A stretch of DNA of 64,000 bases from the human T2T-CHM13v2.0 reference genome, Homo sapiens. Shown piece by piece: positions 47,310 through 61,470 of this stretch. The DNA is taken from assembly GCF_009914755.1 (NCBI RefSeq), contig NC_060943.1. One strand, 5' to 3'. How positions within the stretch are numbered: position 1 is the first letter of the stretch; each line of letters starts with the position of its first letter. The position numbers and the translations under genes were made by a program. Under the pieces are notes generated by a model that was not told the origin of the DNA, searched no databases, and worked only from the letters and a program-made list of their open reading frames with translations.

Positions 47310-48268
47310 AAATTTTTTTTTTAATTGAGACGGAGTCTCGCTCTGTAGCCAGGCTGGAGTGCAGTGGCACGATCTCGGCTCACTGCAACCTCTGACTCCC
47401 TGGTTCAAGCGATTCTCCTGCCTCAGCCTCCCGAGTAGCTGGGATTACAAGCACACGCCACCACGCCTGGCTAATTTTTGTATTTTTAGTAGAGATGGGG
47501 TTTCACCATCCTGACCTTGTGATCTGTCCACCTCGGCCTCCCAAAGTGCTGGGATTACAGGTGTGAGCCACCGCACCTGCCCTAATTTTTTTTAATTTTT
47601 ATTTTATTTTATTTTTTGAGACAAGATCTCGTTCTGTCACCCAGGCTGCAGTGCAGTGGTGTGATCTCAGCTCACTGAAACTTCCACTTCTCAGGCTCAG
47701 GAAATTCTCCTGCCTCAGCCCCTGAGTAGCTGGGTCTACAGGCCCATGACATTATGCCCGGCTAATTTTAATTTCTGTATTTTTTGTAGATATGGGGTTT
47801 TGTCATGTTACCCGGGCTGGTCTTGAACTCCTGAGCTTAGGTGACCCACCTGAGTTGGCCTGTCAAAGTGCTGGGATTACAGGTGTGAGCCACCACACCT
47901 GGCCCTTTTCTTTTCTTTTCTTTTCTTTTCTTTTCTTTTCTTTTCTTTTCTTTTCTCTTTTCTTTTCTTTTCTTTCTTTCGTTCAGGGTCTCACTCTGTT
48001 GCCCAGGCTGGAGTGCAGTGGTCTTATCATGACTAATTTCAACCTGGAACTCTTGAGCTCAAGCGTTCCTCCTGCTACAGCCTCCCAAATAGCTGAGACC
48101 ACAGGTGTGTGCCACCATGCCCAGCTTTTAAAAAAAAAAAAACTTTTGTAAAGACTGGATTTTGCCATGTTGCCCAGGTTGGTCTTGAACTCCTGGCCTC
48201 AAGCAATTCTTCCTCATCAGCCTCCCTAAGTGCTGAGATTACAGGCAGGAGCCACCATACCTGACCAC
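47310..48268 (-). mobile_element. Three antisense Alus with (TTTTC)n tail at about 47905-47980
   Basis: AluS 47310-47582, AluJ-like 47590-47903 and 47983-48268. Confidence 0.85.
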
Positions 48269-49082
48269 TTCATTCTTGTTGGTTTTGCTTCGCTGGAAAA
48301 AATATAAATTCTCCCTCAATATGTGACTTACCACAGTCATGAAGGAAGATTTCACTATAAGGCAGTTCATAAAAATCTGTGCAGTGTACACTAACCCATT
48401 TTTGTGTCTGTTTCTTGAATTAAAAAAATAATATCTATGACATACTCAAGCAGTTATACCACCCAACAAAATGTTGCCACCCTTAGTATGGAGGACACTA
48501 CTCTTTCCTGAACTGCAAATGGAGAAGCCAGGGGAGCAGAGAGCAATGGAGAAGGAGAACACGCTGTCCCCTCTCCACAAGGGAGGAGGAAGACTGCAGG
48601 CCCCTCGTGATTGCACCATTACCCAGCTCCAGACTCAACCCTCCTCTCCACCCTCCTCACAAGAGAGATACAGGGATGTTCTACAACCATAAATCTGGTC
48701 ACTTCCATCCCCTGCTTAGGCCTGGGCCATGGTCAGTGCCCTCAGGATAGACTGGAGTTCTCCAAGGGCCCATAAAAATGCCCCAGCCTTGCTGCCCACT
48801 CCAGTCTCCTCTTCCTGCCTTGCATTCTGGCCTCTGGGTTCAGCTTTGTCGAAACAGGCACAGTTCTCATTCATTCTTGAAATAGTAGCTCAAATGTCTT
48901 CTTCTCCTAGAAGACATCGCTGGCCTTCCAGGCTGGGTGAGGCAACCACTGTGGGCTCCCAAGCCTTTACGCGTCCCCAACCCAGCCCTGACTCTCTGAG
49001 TCATCAAGGCCTGAGGACAATCTGTGTTCCCAGTGATGGCACATGGCCCGCTATTATGTCTCTGCTGTGTCCTCTGCAGCAC

Positions 49083-50412
49083 GTCGGGGTAAGGATGATT
49101 AGGTTTTAATGGGATAGTAACGGGCGTGTGATTGGTTGCCAGGGAGGGAGTAAAAGTGTCCCATACTTGTGGGTTAAGGTTGGGGGATACAAGAGGAAGA
49201 CGTGAAGGAGGCTTTAGGTTGGGGAGAAGGGCGGCACTGAGATGTGGCTGTAGTCCAGGAATAGTCAGGGTAGTGGATAATTTTGTTAAGATGTAAAGGA
49301 TCATTAACCTTGACTCTGCCTTCAGCTCCAGCCACCTCTCTAAGAGGAAATTGTTGGGGAGGGCTAGTCACGGAACAAAACTGTAAGCTGGACCGGTTGT
49401 GAGTGGGGGAGGCGATAGAAGGATTATAGGGTGGGAGAGTGGAAGCTGAGGAAGAACTGGGACCTCGCTTGGCCTGGTGAGGAGCAGTGTGGGGAGGAGG
49501 GGAGAGGTCGGATGAGTTCACAGAAAAAGAAGATTTAAAGGACTCAGAGCTTGGGGTGGAGACTGAAGGAACAGACAGGAGAGAAAGAAGAAAGATCTGG
49601 AATGAGTCACATTGGGAGCAGAGACTAGGGAGGAACTGATGTGTAAAAGGATGCCTGGACATCAGGCACCTCAGACCATTTGCCCATTTTTTGACAAAAT
49701 TATCTAGATCTTGTAGGATGGGGAAATCGAAAGTGCCATTTTCTGGCCATTTAGAACAATTGTTAAGTTTGTATTGGGGTCAAATGCTGTTGCAGAAGAA
49801 AATAAGATGCTTAGGTTTTGGGTCAGGTGAGAGTTGAAGAGGTTTTAAGTTTTTTAGAACACAGGCTAAGGGAGAAGAAGGAGGAATGGAGGGTGGAAGG
49901 TTGCCCATAGTAAAAAGGTAAGTTTAGAGAAAAGAGAGGGTAGAGACATGGAGAGGGGGGTTGGTACTTGCCATCCAGGGGAGGTGGTACTTGCCACCAA
50001 GGTGAAGGATCAAGGCAGGCGTCCCTGCAGTGGTCAGACACCTCTGGAATGTGGGTGAATAATCAGACATGCATCCCCACAGTGATTAGACACCAAGGGA
50101 AGACTGTCTTCCCGAGTCTGTGACCAGCAGCAGAATTTTGAGTTCATGGACAAAACGTGTCTCCTCTGTCTCTACCAGAAACGGAAAGGAACCAAAATTA
50201 AGGGAGGGAGAGATTAAAGAGTGGAGGGATATCTAGCAAGAGAGGTTGGAGAAGAGAATGAAAAGAGGCTACTTACCCGATTTAAAATTGGTGAGAAGTT
50301 CCTTCGGCTGGGCTGAGGACCCGAGGTCATGGGTGGATCTCATGGAGAGAGGGCGAGGACAGGGGACCGGTCTCCCAAAGGAGTCCTCCTGTCTCAGGTC
50401 TTCGGCACCAAA
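49083..50412 (-). mobile_element. HERV-H internal 5' region (PBS, leader, deleted gag/pro-pol), 3'-truncated
   Basis: Minus ORFs QQFPLREVAGAEG.VKV (gag) and LVSPNLNPQVWDTFTPSLATNHTPVTIPLKPNHPYP (HERV-H pol start); splice donor CGG|GTAAGT at 50276; no 3' LTR in view. Confidence 0.88.
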
Positions 50413-50823
50413 TGTCACATGAGTCCATATGAAGAGAGTCCACCAACAGGCTTTGTGTGAGCAACAAGACTGTTTATTTTACTTGGGTGCAACTGGGCTG
50501 AATCTGAAAAGAGAGTCAGCAAAGGGAGATAGGGGTACAGCAGTTTTATAGGATTTGGGTAGGTAGTGGAAAATTACAGTTAAAGGTGGTTATCTCTTGT
50601 GGGCAGGGATGGGGATCACAAGGTGCAGGGTGGGGAGATCATGAGACTCATTGTCTAGGGGAGGAATGTCACAAGGTTGATGGATTAGTTGGGGTGGGGC
50701 AGGAGCAAATCACAATGATGGAATGTCATCTTTTGTGGTTCTTCAGTTGCTCCAGGCCCTCTAGATGTATACGTGCAGGTCACAGGGGTTATGATGGCTT
50801 AGCTTGGGCTCAGAGGCCTGACA
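50413..50823 (-). mobile_element. HERV-H 5' LTR (LTR7 family, LTR7C-like)
   Basis: Minus strand TGTCAGGCCTCTGAGCCCAAGCTAAGCCATC...GCTCACACAAAGCCTGTTGGTGGACTCTCTTCA...GTGACA followed by TT TGGTGCCG. Confidence 0.9.
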
Positions 50824-51142
50824 CCAGAGAGTTGGCCAACACCCCGGTACAGTTGGCCAGCTGCACTAGAGCTGCTTTGTTCTCCTGATTTGAATTTCAG
50901 TGGTTTCTTACAGTTTTTGCTGCTGCTGTAGAGCATTTAAGCAGGAAGGGATCCAGTTCAGCCATCCAGGGACTGGCACCCAAGTTCTTGTTGCAGGTAG
51001 CAGGGACCAGCTTGCAAGCTTGAAGTGTGCAGATGGAACACAGAGCACTCCAGCCACCCAGGCAGATATCAGAGGATGGGCCCTCAGGCACTGGTGAGGC
51101 CCAGTCCTCTCCCTCAGTGACATCTGCATTCCTAGCATTCTG

Positions 51143-51454
<312 letters not shown>

Positions 51455-52179
51455 TAACATTATTTTTGAACATCTGAAATTTCACCAGATTCCTGTCTGT
51501 CACCTGGGAGAGGCTCCCTGAGGCCAGGTGGAAATCATACCCGGATGCCACCAGAATGATGATTCAGCCCTTTCCGTGCTTGTTCCAGAGGGGAAGCCCA
51601 TGAAAGGAGGACAGCCAGTGCTCTCCTGTGTGCCACGTTCCAGAAGCTCAGGTCTCCCACCAGCAGCTGGGGTTGTGGGAAAGTCTTCCCTGAGGCCAGC
51701 CCCCGGGTGCCTGGGATCAGGGCCTGCTTGCCTTTCTGGACGAGCTGGGCCTGGGACTGGGGGGGGGTTGCTGGGCTGAGACAGGGGTACCTGGGTCCAG
51801 TCTAGATGGTGTCTGTGACCTGCAGGGGCCCCTCATGCCAGGGTGCTCTTTACATAGAGGGAATAGGGTGAGAAAATATGACCAACAGATGTTGGAGTTT
51901 ACTGTTATTTCCCAGGAAGCCATGAGAATCCTGTGACCCTGGAAAGAGACAGGGTTCCCAATAACTAGGGACATGGCAGTGAGTGATGCAGCCCTGCTCC
52001 CTGTCCTCAAACAGCTCTAGGTCCACTGTCCCTAAACAGTGACAACACAGAGTGGGCAGCTTTGGGATGTGGAATGCACAGGCGGCTGCTTCGGGAATTT
52101 TGATATGGGGTTTTAGCAGCTCCTGCTGCTTGCTGGGAAAAATCCCTCAGGGAATTGTAATGGACTTCAGGAGAAATGA

Positions 52180-52525
<346 letters not shown>

Positions 52526-52558
52526 TGAAATAAATTTTATAACCTGAATAGGACCCGG

Positions 52559-53191
52559 TAATATAGGAGTTAAGAAGAAATTATTTTAGGCAGATAGTGA
52601 AGGTAAGAAAGTCCTTGGTAAGGTTTTTCTTTTAATGAAAAGCGCCCTCCAAATCATATACTTTTCCAACAAACAGCAGCCATTAAAATCAAGCCACAGA
52701 CATAGAAAGGCAGGCTAGAAGCTTCCACAGGTGAATGCCAGCATTTGTGCCAATAGGAAAAGGCTACCTGGGACTAGGCATTTTCAAAATGGCAGCTCCA
52801 TCTTCCCTTTTCCTTTCCAACCACATGCACAGTAGAAAGCAGATAACATGGCATCCACCAAGTGGAAAGTCCATTTGCATAATAAGATTAGGGTGGGGTG
52901 GTCAGCTTCTTCCAGCACTATGTAAATGTCACAGCTGATCCAACCAATCTGTGGGCCCTATGGAAATCAGATACCACCTCTTCAAACCCGTCTATAAAAT
53001 CCAGTGCACTCTGCTGTAGGCTGGAAGTCCCATTCAGGTGCTGAGAGAGAGAGAGAGAGCTGTTCTTCTTTCTCTCTCTTTTGCCTATTAAACCCCTGCT
53101 CCTAAACCCACTTCTTGTGTCCATGTACTCGATTTTCTTGGTTTGAGACAATGAACCTTGTGTATTTACCCCAGATGATGACGCCACATTA
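52559..53191 (+). mobile_element. LTR9-like solo LTR (ERV1)
   Basis: TAATATAGGAGTTAAGAAGAAATTATTTTAGGCAGATAGTGAAGG start, TATAAAA, ATTAAA, CCCAGATGATGACGCCACATTA end. Confidence 0.75.
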
Positions 53192-54539
53192 CCAGTGTCA
53201 GCACTCCCCAAGAAGAAGGATTGAGGCTTGGTCCAGTGTGAAGCAAGTGGGCCGTTAAACACGTGGCTTTGGCTAGTTTTTGAGCATGGGGCTATGGTGA
53301 GGGTTGCTGCATGTGGGCTGGGGCTTGAGTGGTTTGAACGTCCTTCTGCTGCCAAGACAGAAAGCACATGGTGTGCCCAGATGTGCATTGGAGGTGACTG
53401 AGGAAGGGCTGGGAAGCTGACAATATCCAAAAATCTAATGTTGTTGTCATACAGGGAGATAAACAGGGCTACTAGAAAATAGCTTATCTGACCCTTTGAG
53501 AAAATGTAGAGAGAAGAGTCCAACCCAGGGCTGTTTGACCACAAAGTCTCAGGATTGCTGAGAGAGGGACTCTTGCATCCACAGAGCCCTGGCCCTGCCC
53601 CACTGCCCTCCCTCGAACCCAGCTTCTGACACCCCCTGCCCCGTCATCATCACCCACTGCTGTTTTCTCTACCCAGCCTGACTCAGCTGCCCTGACAGAT
53701 GGGGACCAAGGCCAAGGAGGGCCAGCTGGGCTCCTCTCTTCCAAGAGATGGCAACTCCAGCCCTGCCCTCAGGAATGTGCTTTTCTCCCTGGCACTGGCT
53801 GCTCTCCAGGCCTAAATTCAACCCTGTTTTTAGCACAGAAAACCAGGCCAAATGCCACACCCAGTCTCAGCATACGAAGCACCTAGAACTGACACTGTGA
53901 GCTCTGAACTCTTTGTGTGTGTGGGGCGGGGTGAGGGGGAGCAACATGCCCGGACAGGTAGTCAGTGATTTTTAAGAAAGATGGAGGCGAGCTTATACCC
54001 AGAGGATTTTTCCTTCCAGTGTTTAGTAACTGTTTGGCTGTGACTTGCTAGGAAGCACTCATATTACATCAGTCCAAAAGAAAGTTTAATTGAACACTGA
54101 TGAATAAGACACTGTGCCATGCACACTCTTCTATTTCTTTTGATTCTAGTTGAATGTATAAGATACCCATGTTGATGAATAAATTGATTCACAACCTGAG
54201 AGTGTCACAACCCCCATGTTGGAGATCACTGCTCTACCCTGCAGCTTCAGGAGAGGGGAGGCCAGAAGGCAGAATGAGAAATGGGGTCGGGGGTGTGAGT
54301 GCTTATCTCATCCACCCATGACAGCGAGTGGGCCTGCAGGACTCTGGAAATTGCATGAGAATTTCTGCTCCATCAGCTTCCTGCCTGGTCTCATGCTCCC
54401 ATCTCAATCCTCTCACCCACCCTCCTCCCAGCAGAAGGACACACGGATTTTCCTGAATCACAATCTGATCACTTCTATCCCCTGCTTAAGACCTGTCTGT
54501 AGCTTGAGTACACTGAGAAGAACAGTTCTCACCAAGGCT

Positions 54540-55235
<696 letters not shown>

Positions 55236-55399
55236 ACAAGAGTCAAAGAACAAACATTTTCATGTTATAGCACACCCAGTAAGCCATGGGTTCATCAGAT
55301 TGGACTCTCTTTGCTCTGCCAAATTGGCAGCATTTGTGAGTTACCAATCCCAAGGGAGGACTCCCACTGCAGGGAGGATGGCAAAGGTCACCACTGCGC

Positions 55400-55985
55400 T
55401 AACCACCCGGAATAGGGGTCTGAACACTTCAGCCACCGCATCTTGGGCTGCACTCTGACTACACTGAGCGTGGTGAACAGAACACCCACAGCCACAGCCA
55501 GTTCGACAAAGCAGGTTAATTACTTACAGACAGGCAGCGAGGGACAGCGGAAGCCTAGGCTGCATGACTGTTCATCTCTCTGTACGACAAGAACATTCAA
55601 TTTTTGGATATTGTCAGCTTCCCAGCCCTTCCTCAGTCACATCCAGTGCACATCTGGGCATACCATGTGCTTTCTGTCTTGGCAGCAGAAGGACATTCAA
55701 ACTGGTCTCCCGGGGCTCAGGAGCACTGCCCAGGGCAGATAGAGTCTCCCATGCCTGCCCCACTTGCACCACAGCTGAGGACTCAGCAGTGAGCTCTGGG
55801 TTTTAGATGTGGTGGACACGCCCTGGGCTAGTGTGGCAGGACACCCCCTCTAGGAGGGATGGGAATGAGGCCAGGGCTGTCCTGGGCAGTTTCTCTTTAG
55901 CTCAAGGTGTTGCATTCTCTCGGAGGAATAGAAACCAAGCTTGGGCACTTTCAGGCAGTTCCTCCTTACTCAGGATGGTGCATTC
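55400..55985 (-). mobile_element. Old ERV LTR fragment (family uncertain) containing a 135-bp foreign insert
   Basis: LTR-like antisense U5/R sequence GGTTAATTACTTACAGACAGGCAGCGAGGGACAGCGGAAGCCTAGG continuing after 55703. Confidence 0.45.
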
Positions 55986-55987
55986 TT

Positions 55988-56348
55988 ATATAATTTGGCT
56001 CTGTCTTGCCACACAAATCTCATCTCACATTGTAATCCCCATGTGTCAGGGGAAGGATCTGGTAGGTGATTGGATCATGGGGGCAGTTTTTTCCATGCTG
56101 TTCTCCTGATAGTGGGGGAGTTCTCAGGAGATCTGATGGTTTAAAAGTGTGTAGAAGTTCCCGGCTCGCTCTCTTTCTCTCCTGCCACCATGGAAGGCGT
56201 GCCTTGCTTTTCCTTCACCCTCCAGCATGATTGTACATTTCCTGAGGCCACCTTGGCGTGCAGAACTATGAGTCAATTAAACCTCTTTCCTTTATAAATT
56301 ACCCAGTCTCAGGTAGTTTTTTTTAGCAGTGTGAAAATGGACTAATAC
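55988..56348 (+). mobile_element. MaLR LTR (MSTA-like)
   Basis: TTTGGCTCTGTC...CAAATCTCATCT...TTATAAATTACCCAGTCTCAGGTA...GGACTAATACA. Confidence 0.88.
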
Positions 56349-57840
56349 ACATTTCTACTGTATTCTACAGTGATTCTGGGAACTGTGGGCAAGAAGAGAG
56401 GCGGGAAAGCCAGAGCCATCCAATGCTTGTCTTCTGGTGCCCTCCTCCAGGAAGCCATTCCTGGTGCCCTGGGCGCTGCTCCCAGCCTTGCTCACCCTGG
56501 GTCATCACCGTTTTTGGAGGGGTCTGTGTCCTCCCCAGACTATAAGAACCCAGAAAAGCAGGGCCTGGAGCTAAGTCACAGTCGTGTCCCCAGCATCCAC
56601 TGACACAGAGTAAGTGCATAGTGTGTGCTAAATGAATGAAAGAAAAGTGAAAGCATGATGAAAGCCCTGTGTTCAGGGTGTGTCTCACTCAACCTGTCTG
56701 TCCTGTCATGGTGACTTGGTGAGAATTGTTGCCTGAAGGTCTTTAAAGCTCTCTCCCTTCCAGGGCTTCCGCATGGAGCTGCTTCTCAGCTGTGCCCTAT
56801 GGGGTCAGATGCACTGGGGAAGAACTAAGGCTCTTCTCCACAGCCCACCTTTTGTCCCCTTAGCCCTCCCAACATAGGACACACCATGTCCAGGGCTGCA
56901 GGAGCCCAGGCTGTCAACAGCATCAGCATCCTGCTAGAAGAGGGTAGGGATGGCTGGTACTCAGAAGAGCCTTCTAGATTCCTAAGTTTATTAATCCTTT
57001 CTTTCACTGCAACTACTAAGAAAAATAGGTGTGACATTATTACTGGGTTACACACAGTCACACACACACACAAAAAGCGAAAGCAAAAATTGTCAAGAAT
57101 ATGTCAGCTTCCCTCAGGGGAGTGGCTTCTTCAACTTTGATCCCAAATGACTTATTTCAGAGGAAACCTCTCCCCTCTCCTCAGAACAAACACATTCACA
57201 CAGGAAGGGATTAAATTCCTGCAAAGAAGAAGAAGGAAAACCTTCCACTGGTCCTTTGGTCTTAACTATCCTGGGCCATAATGTATTTGAGAGTCCAGTA
57301 ATGACTGTGGATTTTTTTGCTCAAAATATCACAGATGATTGCCAAACATTGTGAAATGCCATTGAATTGCACACTTGAAAACATACACATACACATGAAA
57401 ACTTAAGTAAACGCATATACTTAATTGTGGGGGCTGCAGGGGGGGAGCGGAAAGAAACATCCAGACATCTGGTGGTAAATATTCTGCTCTGGTTCAGCTA
57501 AAAATAAAGCCCTTTATCAGTTTGGTCACTGGAAGGACTTGTTCCCTTCTTGTTGATGATCAGAAACCTTAGCAGGAACTAATTCTCAAGTGTCTGCCTT
57601 AACAGAAAAGCCACAAAGAAACATGGTAAGAGCGTGGCAGATAACATCCACGGTGCTATCGGGAGGTGACAGGTGACTGACCTCAGCCTTGGTGTTCAAG
57701 AAGATTCCAGAAGGTGGGTGACATTTAAGGGAAAAATGAAAAATGAAGAGGGATGGGAGAATTGGAGGCAGAAGCCAGAGAGACATTGTGGTTCTTCCAA
57801 GGAACTGTGCTAAGTCGAGGGCAGTGAGAGCCAGGGAAGG

Positions 57841-58280
57841 TGTATTAATCAGGGTTCTCTAGAGGGACACAATTAATAGGGTTCTTTAGAGGGACACAAT
57901 TTATATATATATATGAGTTTATTAAGTAGTATTAACTCACACAATCACAAGGTCCCACAATAGGCCATCTGCAAGCTGAGGAGCAAGGAAGCCAGTCCAT
58001 GTCCCAAAGCTGAAGAACGTGGAGTCTGATGTTCGAGGGAAGGAAGCATCCAGCACGGGAGAAAGACGTAGGCTGGAAGCTAAGCCAGTCTAGCCTTTTC
58101 ACGTTTTTCTTCCTGCTTTATATTCTGGCTCTGCTGGCAGCTGATTAGACAGTGTCCACCCACGTTAAGGGTGGGTCTGCCTTTCCCAGCCCACTAATGC
58201 AAAAGTTAATCTCCTTTGGCAACACCCCTACAGACACACCCAGGATCAATACTTTGCATCCTTCAATCCAATCAAGTTGA
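57841..58280 (-). mobile_element. MLT2A (HERV-L) solo LTR
   Basis: TGTATTAATCAGGGTTCTCTAGAGGGAC...CAATCAAGTTGACACTCAGTACTAACCATCACA. Confidence 0.88.
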
Positions 58281-60149
58281 CACTCAGTACTAACCATCAC
58301 AGAGGGTGTGCATGATGTGGAGGTGGACACTTGGCATCCAGCCAACTTCTTCAGGACTTTCTGGTCTGCAGAGGCTGGAAGCTTCACACTTTCCTTCCCA
58401 GAGGGCCTTGCAGGTGGGGTTCTGGATACATTTGAATCTCTGGTAGCACAGTCATTGTGTCTCTGGGTGTATCCACAGTAACATCTCACATCCAAGCAAT
58501 AGCTCTGAATGGCTGAAAGGCTGTTCCAGACACAGAAATGGCACCTGAATCTTGAGTCTCAGCTCAGCAGATTGTTCTAGCTTCATTCCTGGTTGGCAAA
58601 CCCTGGGGCCTCTCCTCCAGCCTCTCCTATGACATGGAGGCTCTTAATTCACTGGTCTGCATCATACGAAGGATCCTGCCAGAGCAGGGATTAGGCTTTG
58701 GTCAACAGAAGCCACCTTGCAGGGAGCTTCTGAAATCCCAACATAGTGTTTGGAGAAAATGACTCACACAGACTCCTCCTTGTCAGCCAGCAGCGGACAG
58801 GCCTCTGGCCTGGGGAAACCCGGCCTTCCTTCTACATACCTGACATACCTGCACACCTGAAATTCCACCTCATTCCTGCCTGTTTCCTAGCAGGGCTTCC
58901 CTGAGGGCAGATGGAAAGGCCACTCCAAATCTGCCAGGAGGGAGATTCCTTCTATTTTTTCCTGGCATAAAAGGGCAAGCAGTGGGGGAGCTGCTGACAG
59001 CTGGAAATGCCAACGTCCTCCGGGGTTTCACATTCCGGGTTTCACATTCCAGAAGCCAAGATCTGCCAGCCCTGCCTGTTCTCTCACCCCACTTCCTGGA
59101 TCCAAGCAAGACACGGGCTGAGGTACTGCTGCTGGTCAGTGACGCAGGCCAGGCAAGAACCCAGGTCTCCTGACCTCTCACCCATGGGCTTCCCAACTCC
59201 CCAGGCCTGGTCTCTCTGAGAAAGGAAGACAGGCCCTGTTCACAGACACTCCTGAATGATACCCAGGTTCTCGGGCCAGGCTGGCAGATTTTGGTTCCTG
59301 GAATGTGAAACCTCTGAGGACTTGGCATTTCCTGCTGTCAGCAGCTTCCCTACTTCTATTGTACAATAGTATAATATGATCGAATGATAGAATGATATTC
59401 TACCATTACGTGGAATACACACAGTTCCAATAAGAGTGTCATAAACAATCTAGCACAGCATTCTGGTTAGGGCACACTGTCCCATTTCTTAATCCATTTT
59501 TTTTTCAATTAAAAAATAACATTGCTTATGCCCAACTGATGGTTTTCCATGTTATCAGCACGTCCTAATCTGTGTCCTGGAAAACAACACTCTACCCCAC
59601 AGCAACAAGGCATGGAGGCCAATGGAGAAGACAGGGAGATGGTGCTGGAAGCAGGGTCTGCTCTTCCCCTGGGGAAGGTGCGTGCTGAGCACTCTGGTAT
59701 TTATCATGAGATCATTTCTGCTGCAGCCTCTTCCCTTGTCGCCTGCCTCCAGAGAGAAGCCCCTGTCCATGCTCCCCAGAAAGATACAGGATCTTCCACA
59801 CACACAGATCTGACCACATACATCCCCTGCTGGGAATAACCCTGGGGAGAATGGCTTGTCCATACCAGGTGTGGCCTGTGAACTCACAAACTGAGGAAAT
59901 CCTGCAGAAGCTGGGAGGGGCCCACAGAACTGACCCAAGACAGCTTCTTCCCCTCTGTTTTTTCGTCCTGACCCCAAGATGGCTCTTCTGTGGGGAAATC
60001 ACACACCCGACCCTCTGAAAAAGCACGTTAAGGAAAAATGTCCTTGAAAATCTCAGGAGGGCTGTGGAATTTCTCCACCAGAACTTCACAGTGACAATGA
60101 CACCAAACACAAGAACGACAATAACCAAAATCAGGAGTTTTATTCTCCT

Positions 60150-60185
<36 letters not shown>

Positions 60186-60902
60186 CACTGTCATGAACGT
60201 CACGAAGACACTGACTTTGCATTTTCTACTCAGCACTGCATCACCAGTGTCTGACACAAAGCCTGGGACATGTGGGCTTCCAAGTGGACCTCTCCTGGAT
60301 AAATGACCATTAATGAAACAGAGAAGGAGTTGAAGAGCCCCCAGAGGAGTGTGAGTCCCAGGGGTCCCGCCAGCTCCACTCCCACCTTCCAAACCTGTGA
60401 AAGTCAGGTGCCTGAGTCGCACAGTCTCTCCCACCCGAATGCCATGAGCTGCAGGTGAGTGAGCAGTTACTGCATCCTGGGCCATGGGCTTGGGTTGTGA
60501 AGTTAGGACCTGATTAGAGGATGTCAGGGGTTAGCAATGTACCAAGGAAAGTGGAGAAAGTCATAGCTCAATGGGATCCTGTGGAATCACTGTGTGGCTG
60601 TGTGAGTGGGGGAGGGCGGTAACTATAGGAGCATGCTGCACCTTCCTGTTTGCCAAAGAGGGGGCATGTAGGACACAGAAGCGGAGGGTGCACCACTTCT
60701 CCCTGGGTTCTCAAAGTGTCTGAGATCAAATCTACTATGACACATACCCTGCCTGGCTCCTTTACTGCCCAGCGACCCAGCCTGTCTCTGCAGGAGGGCC
60801 AGACATGCCGTGACATCACCAGCTCCTCTAGGAATATGGGATACAAGGAGTGGCTGAGATCGGCTGATCACCAGCTCACTCCGCTGCAGCCGCCCCAGAG
60901 CA

Positions 60903-61262
60903 GTGGCTCCCCGAAGCCGTGTTCTGGGTAAGGAGGGGAGGACCCCATTCCCAACCGAACCCATCTCCCATCTCAGCCACCACCAGGGCTCGCTCCCCAC
61001 CCCAAACTCCCTGTTCCCTCATTCTTGTTCCCATGCCCAGCCAAATCTCCAGGCGTGAATTGCTCACAGCAATTCCCCATCCACAGCGCCCGGGTCAGCC
61101 CCATCCACAGCCCTGTTTCAGTTTCTGAACTGCCCAAAGCCATACCGAGCCCTGGTTCCACCCAATCTTCTTCTAAATGTCAGTGCCAGTCGTATCTGTG
61201 GCTGTCCACTCACCCCATCTTCCCCTTCCCTCTCCCACAGCTGTCTTGGCCGCTTTCTGTTT
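60903..61262 (+). pseudogene. IGFL1P2: Truncated IGFL1-like pseudogene (probably IGFL1P2): exon 1 60903-60927 with ATG>GTG, start of exon 2 at 61241
   Basis: 60590-61260 aligns by eye with 43340-44300 (promoter, exon 1, intron 1, CCCACAG|CTGTCTTGGC acceptor); GTG GCT CCC CGA AGC CGT GTT CTG G|GTAAGG; homology stops about 20 nt into exon 2; no exon 3 seen. Confidence 0.8.
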
Positions 61263-61384
61263 GTGACTCTCCCTGCCTCCACTCCCCCCACCACCCCATG
61301 AAATGATCTCATTTGGTCATTTAAACGGAAAACTAAAAAGTTTTAAGTGACTCTAGGAGAGCAGGAGAGAGGCAGGTCTCCCAG

Positions 61385-61470
61385 CTCAGACCCCGCCCCG
61401 GGACGGCCCCACGGAAGATGCACATCTGGATGTAGGCGCTCAAGGCACCGCGCGTGCGCCGAGTGGCCTT
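61385..61470. promoter_or_regulatory. Small CpG-rich promoter-like motif cluster
   Basis: GC box CCCCGCCCC 61391-61399, ETS core CGGAAG 61412-61417, NRF1-like GCGCGTGCGC 61450-61459. Confidence 0.45.

Noticed and set aside
52918-53544. 208-aa minus-strand ORF
   Set aside because: Half lies in an LTR antisense strand; no recognisable domain.
59712-60485. 257-aa minus-strand ORF with a hydrophobic stretch
   Set aside because: Spans a (GA)n microsatellite and repeat-like sequence; no recognisable family or splice structure.
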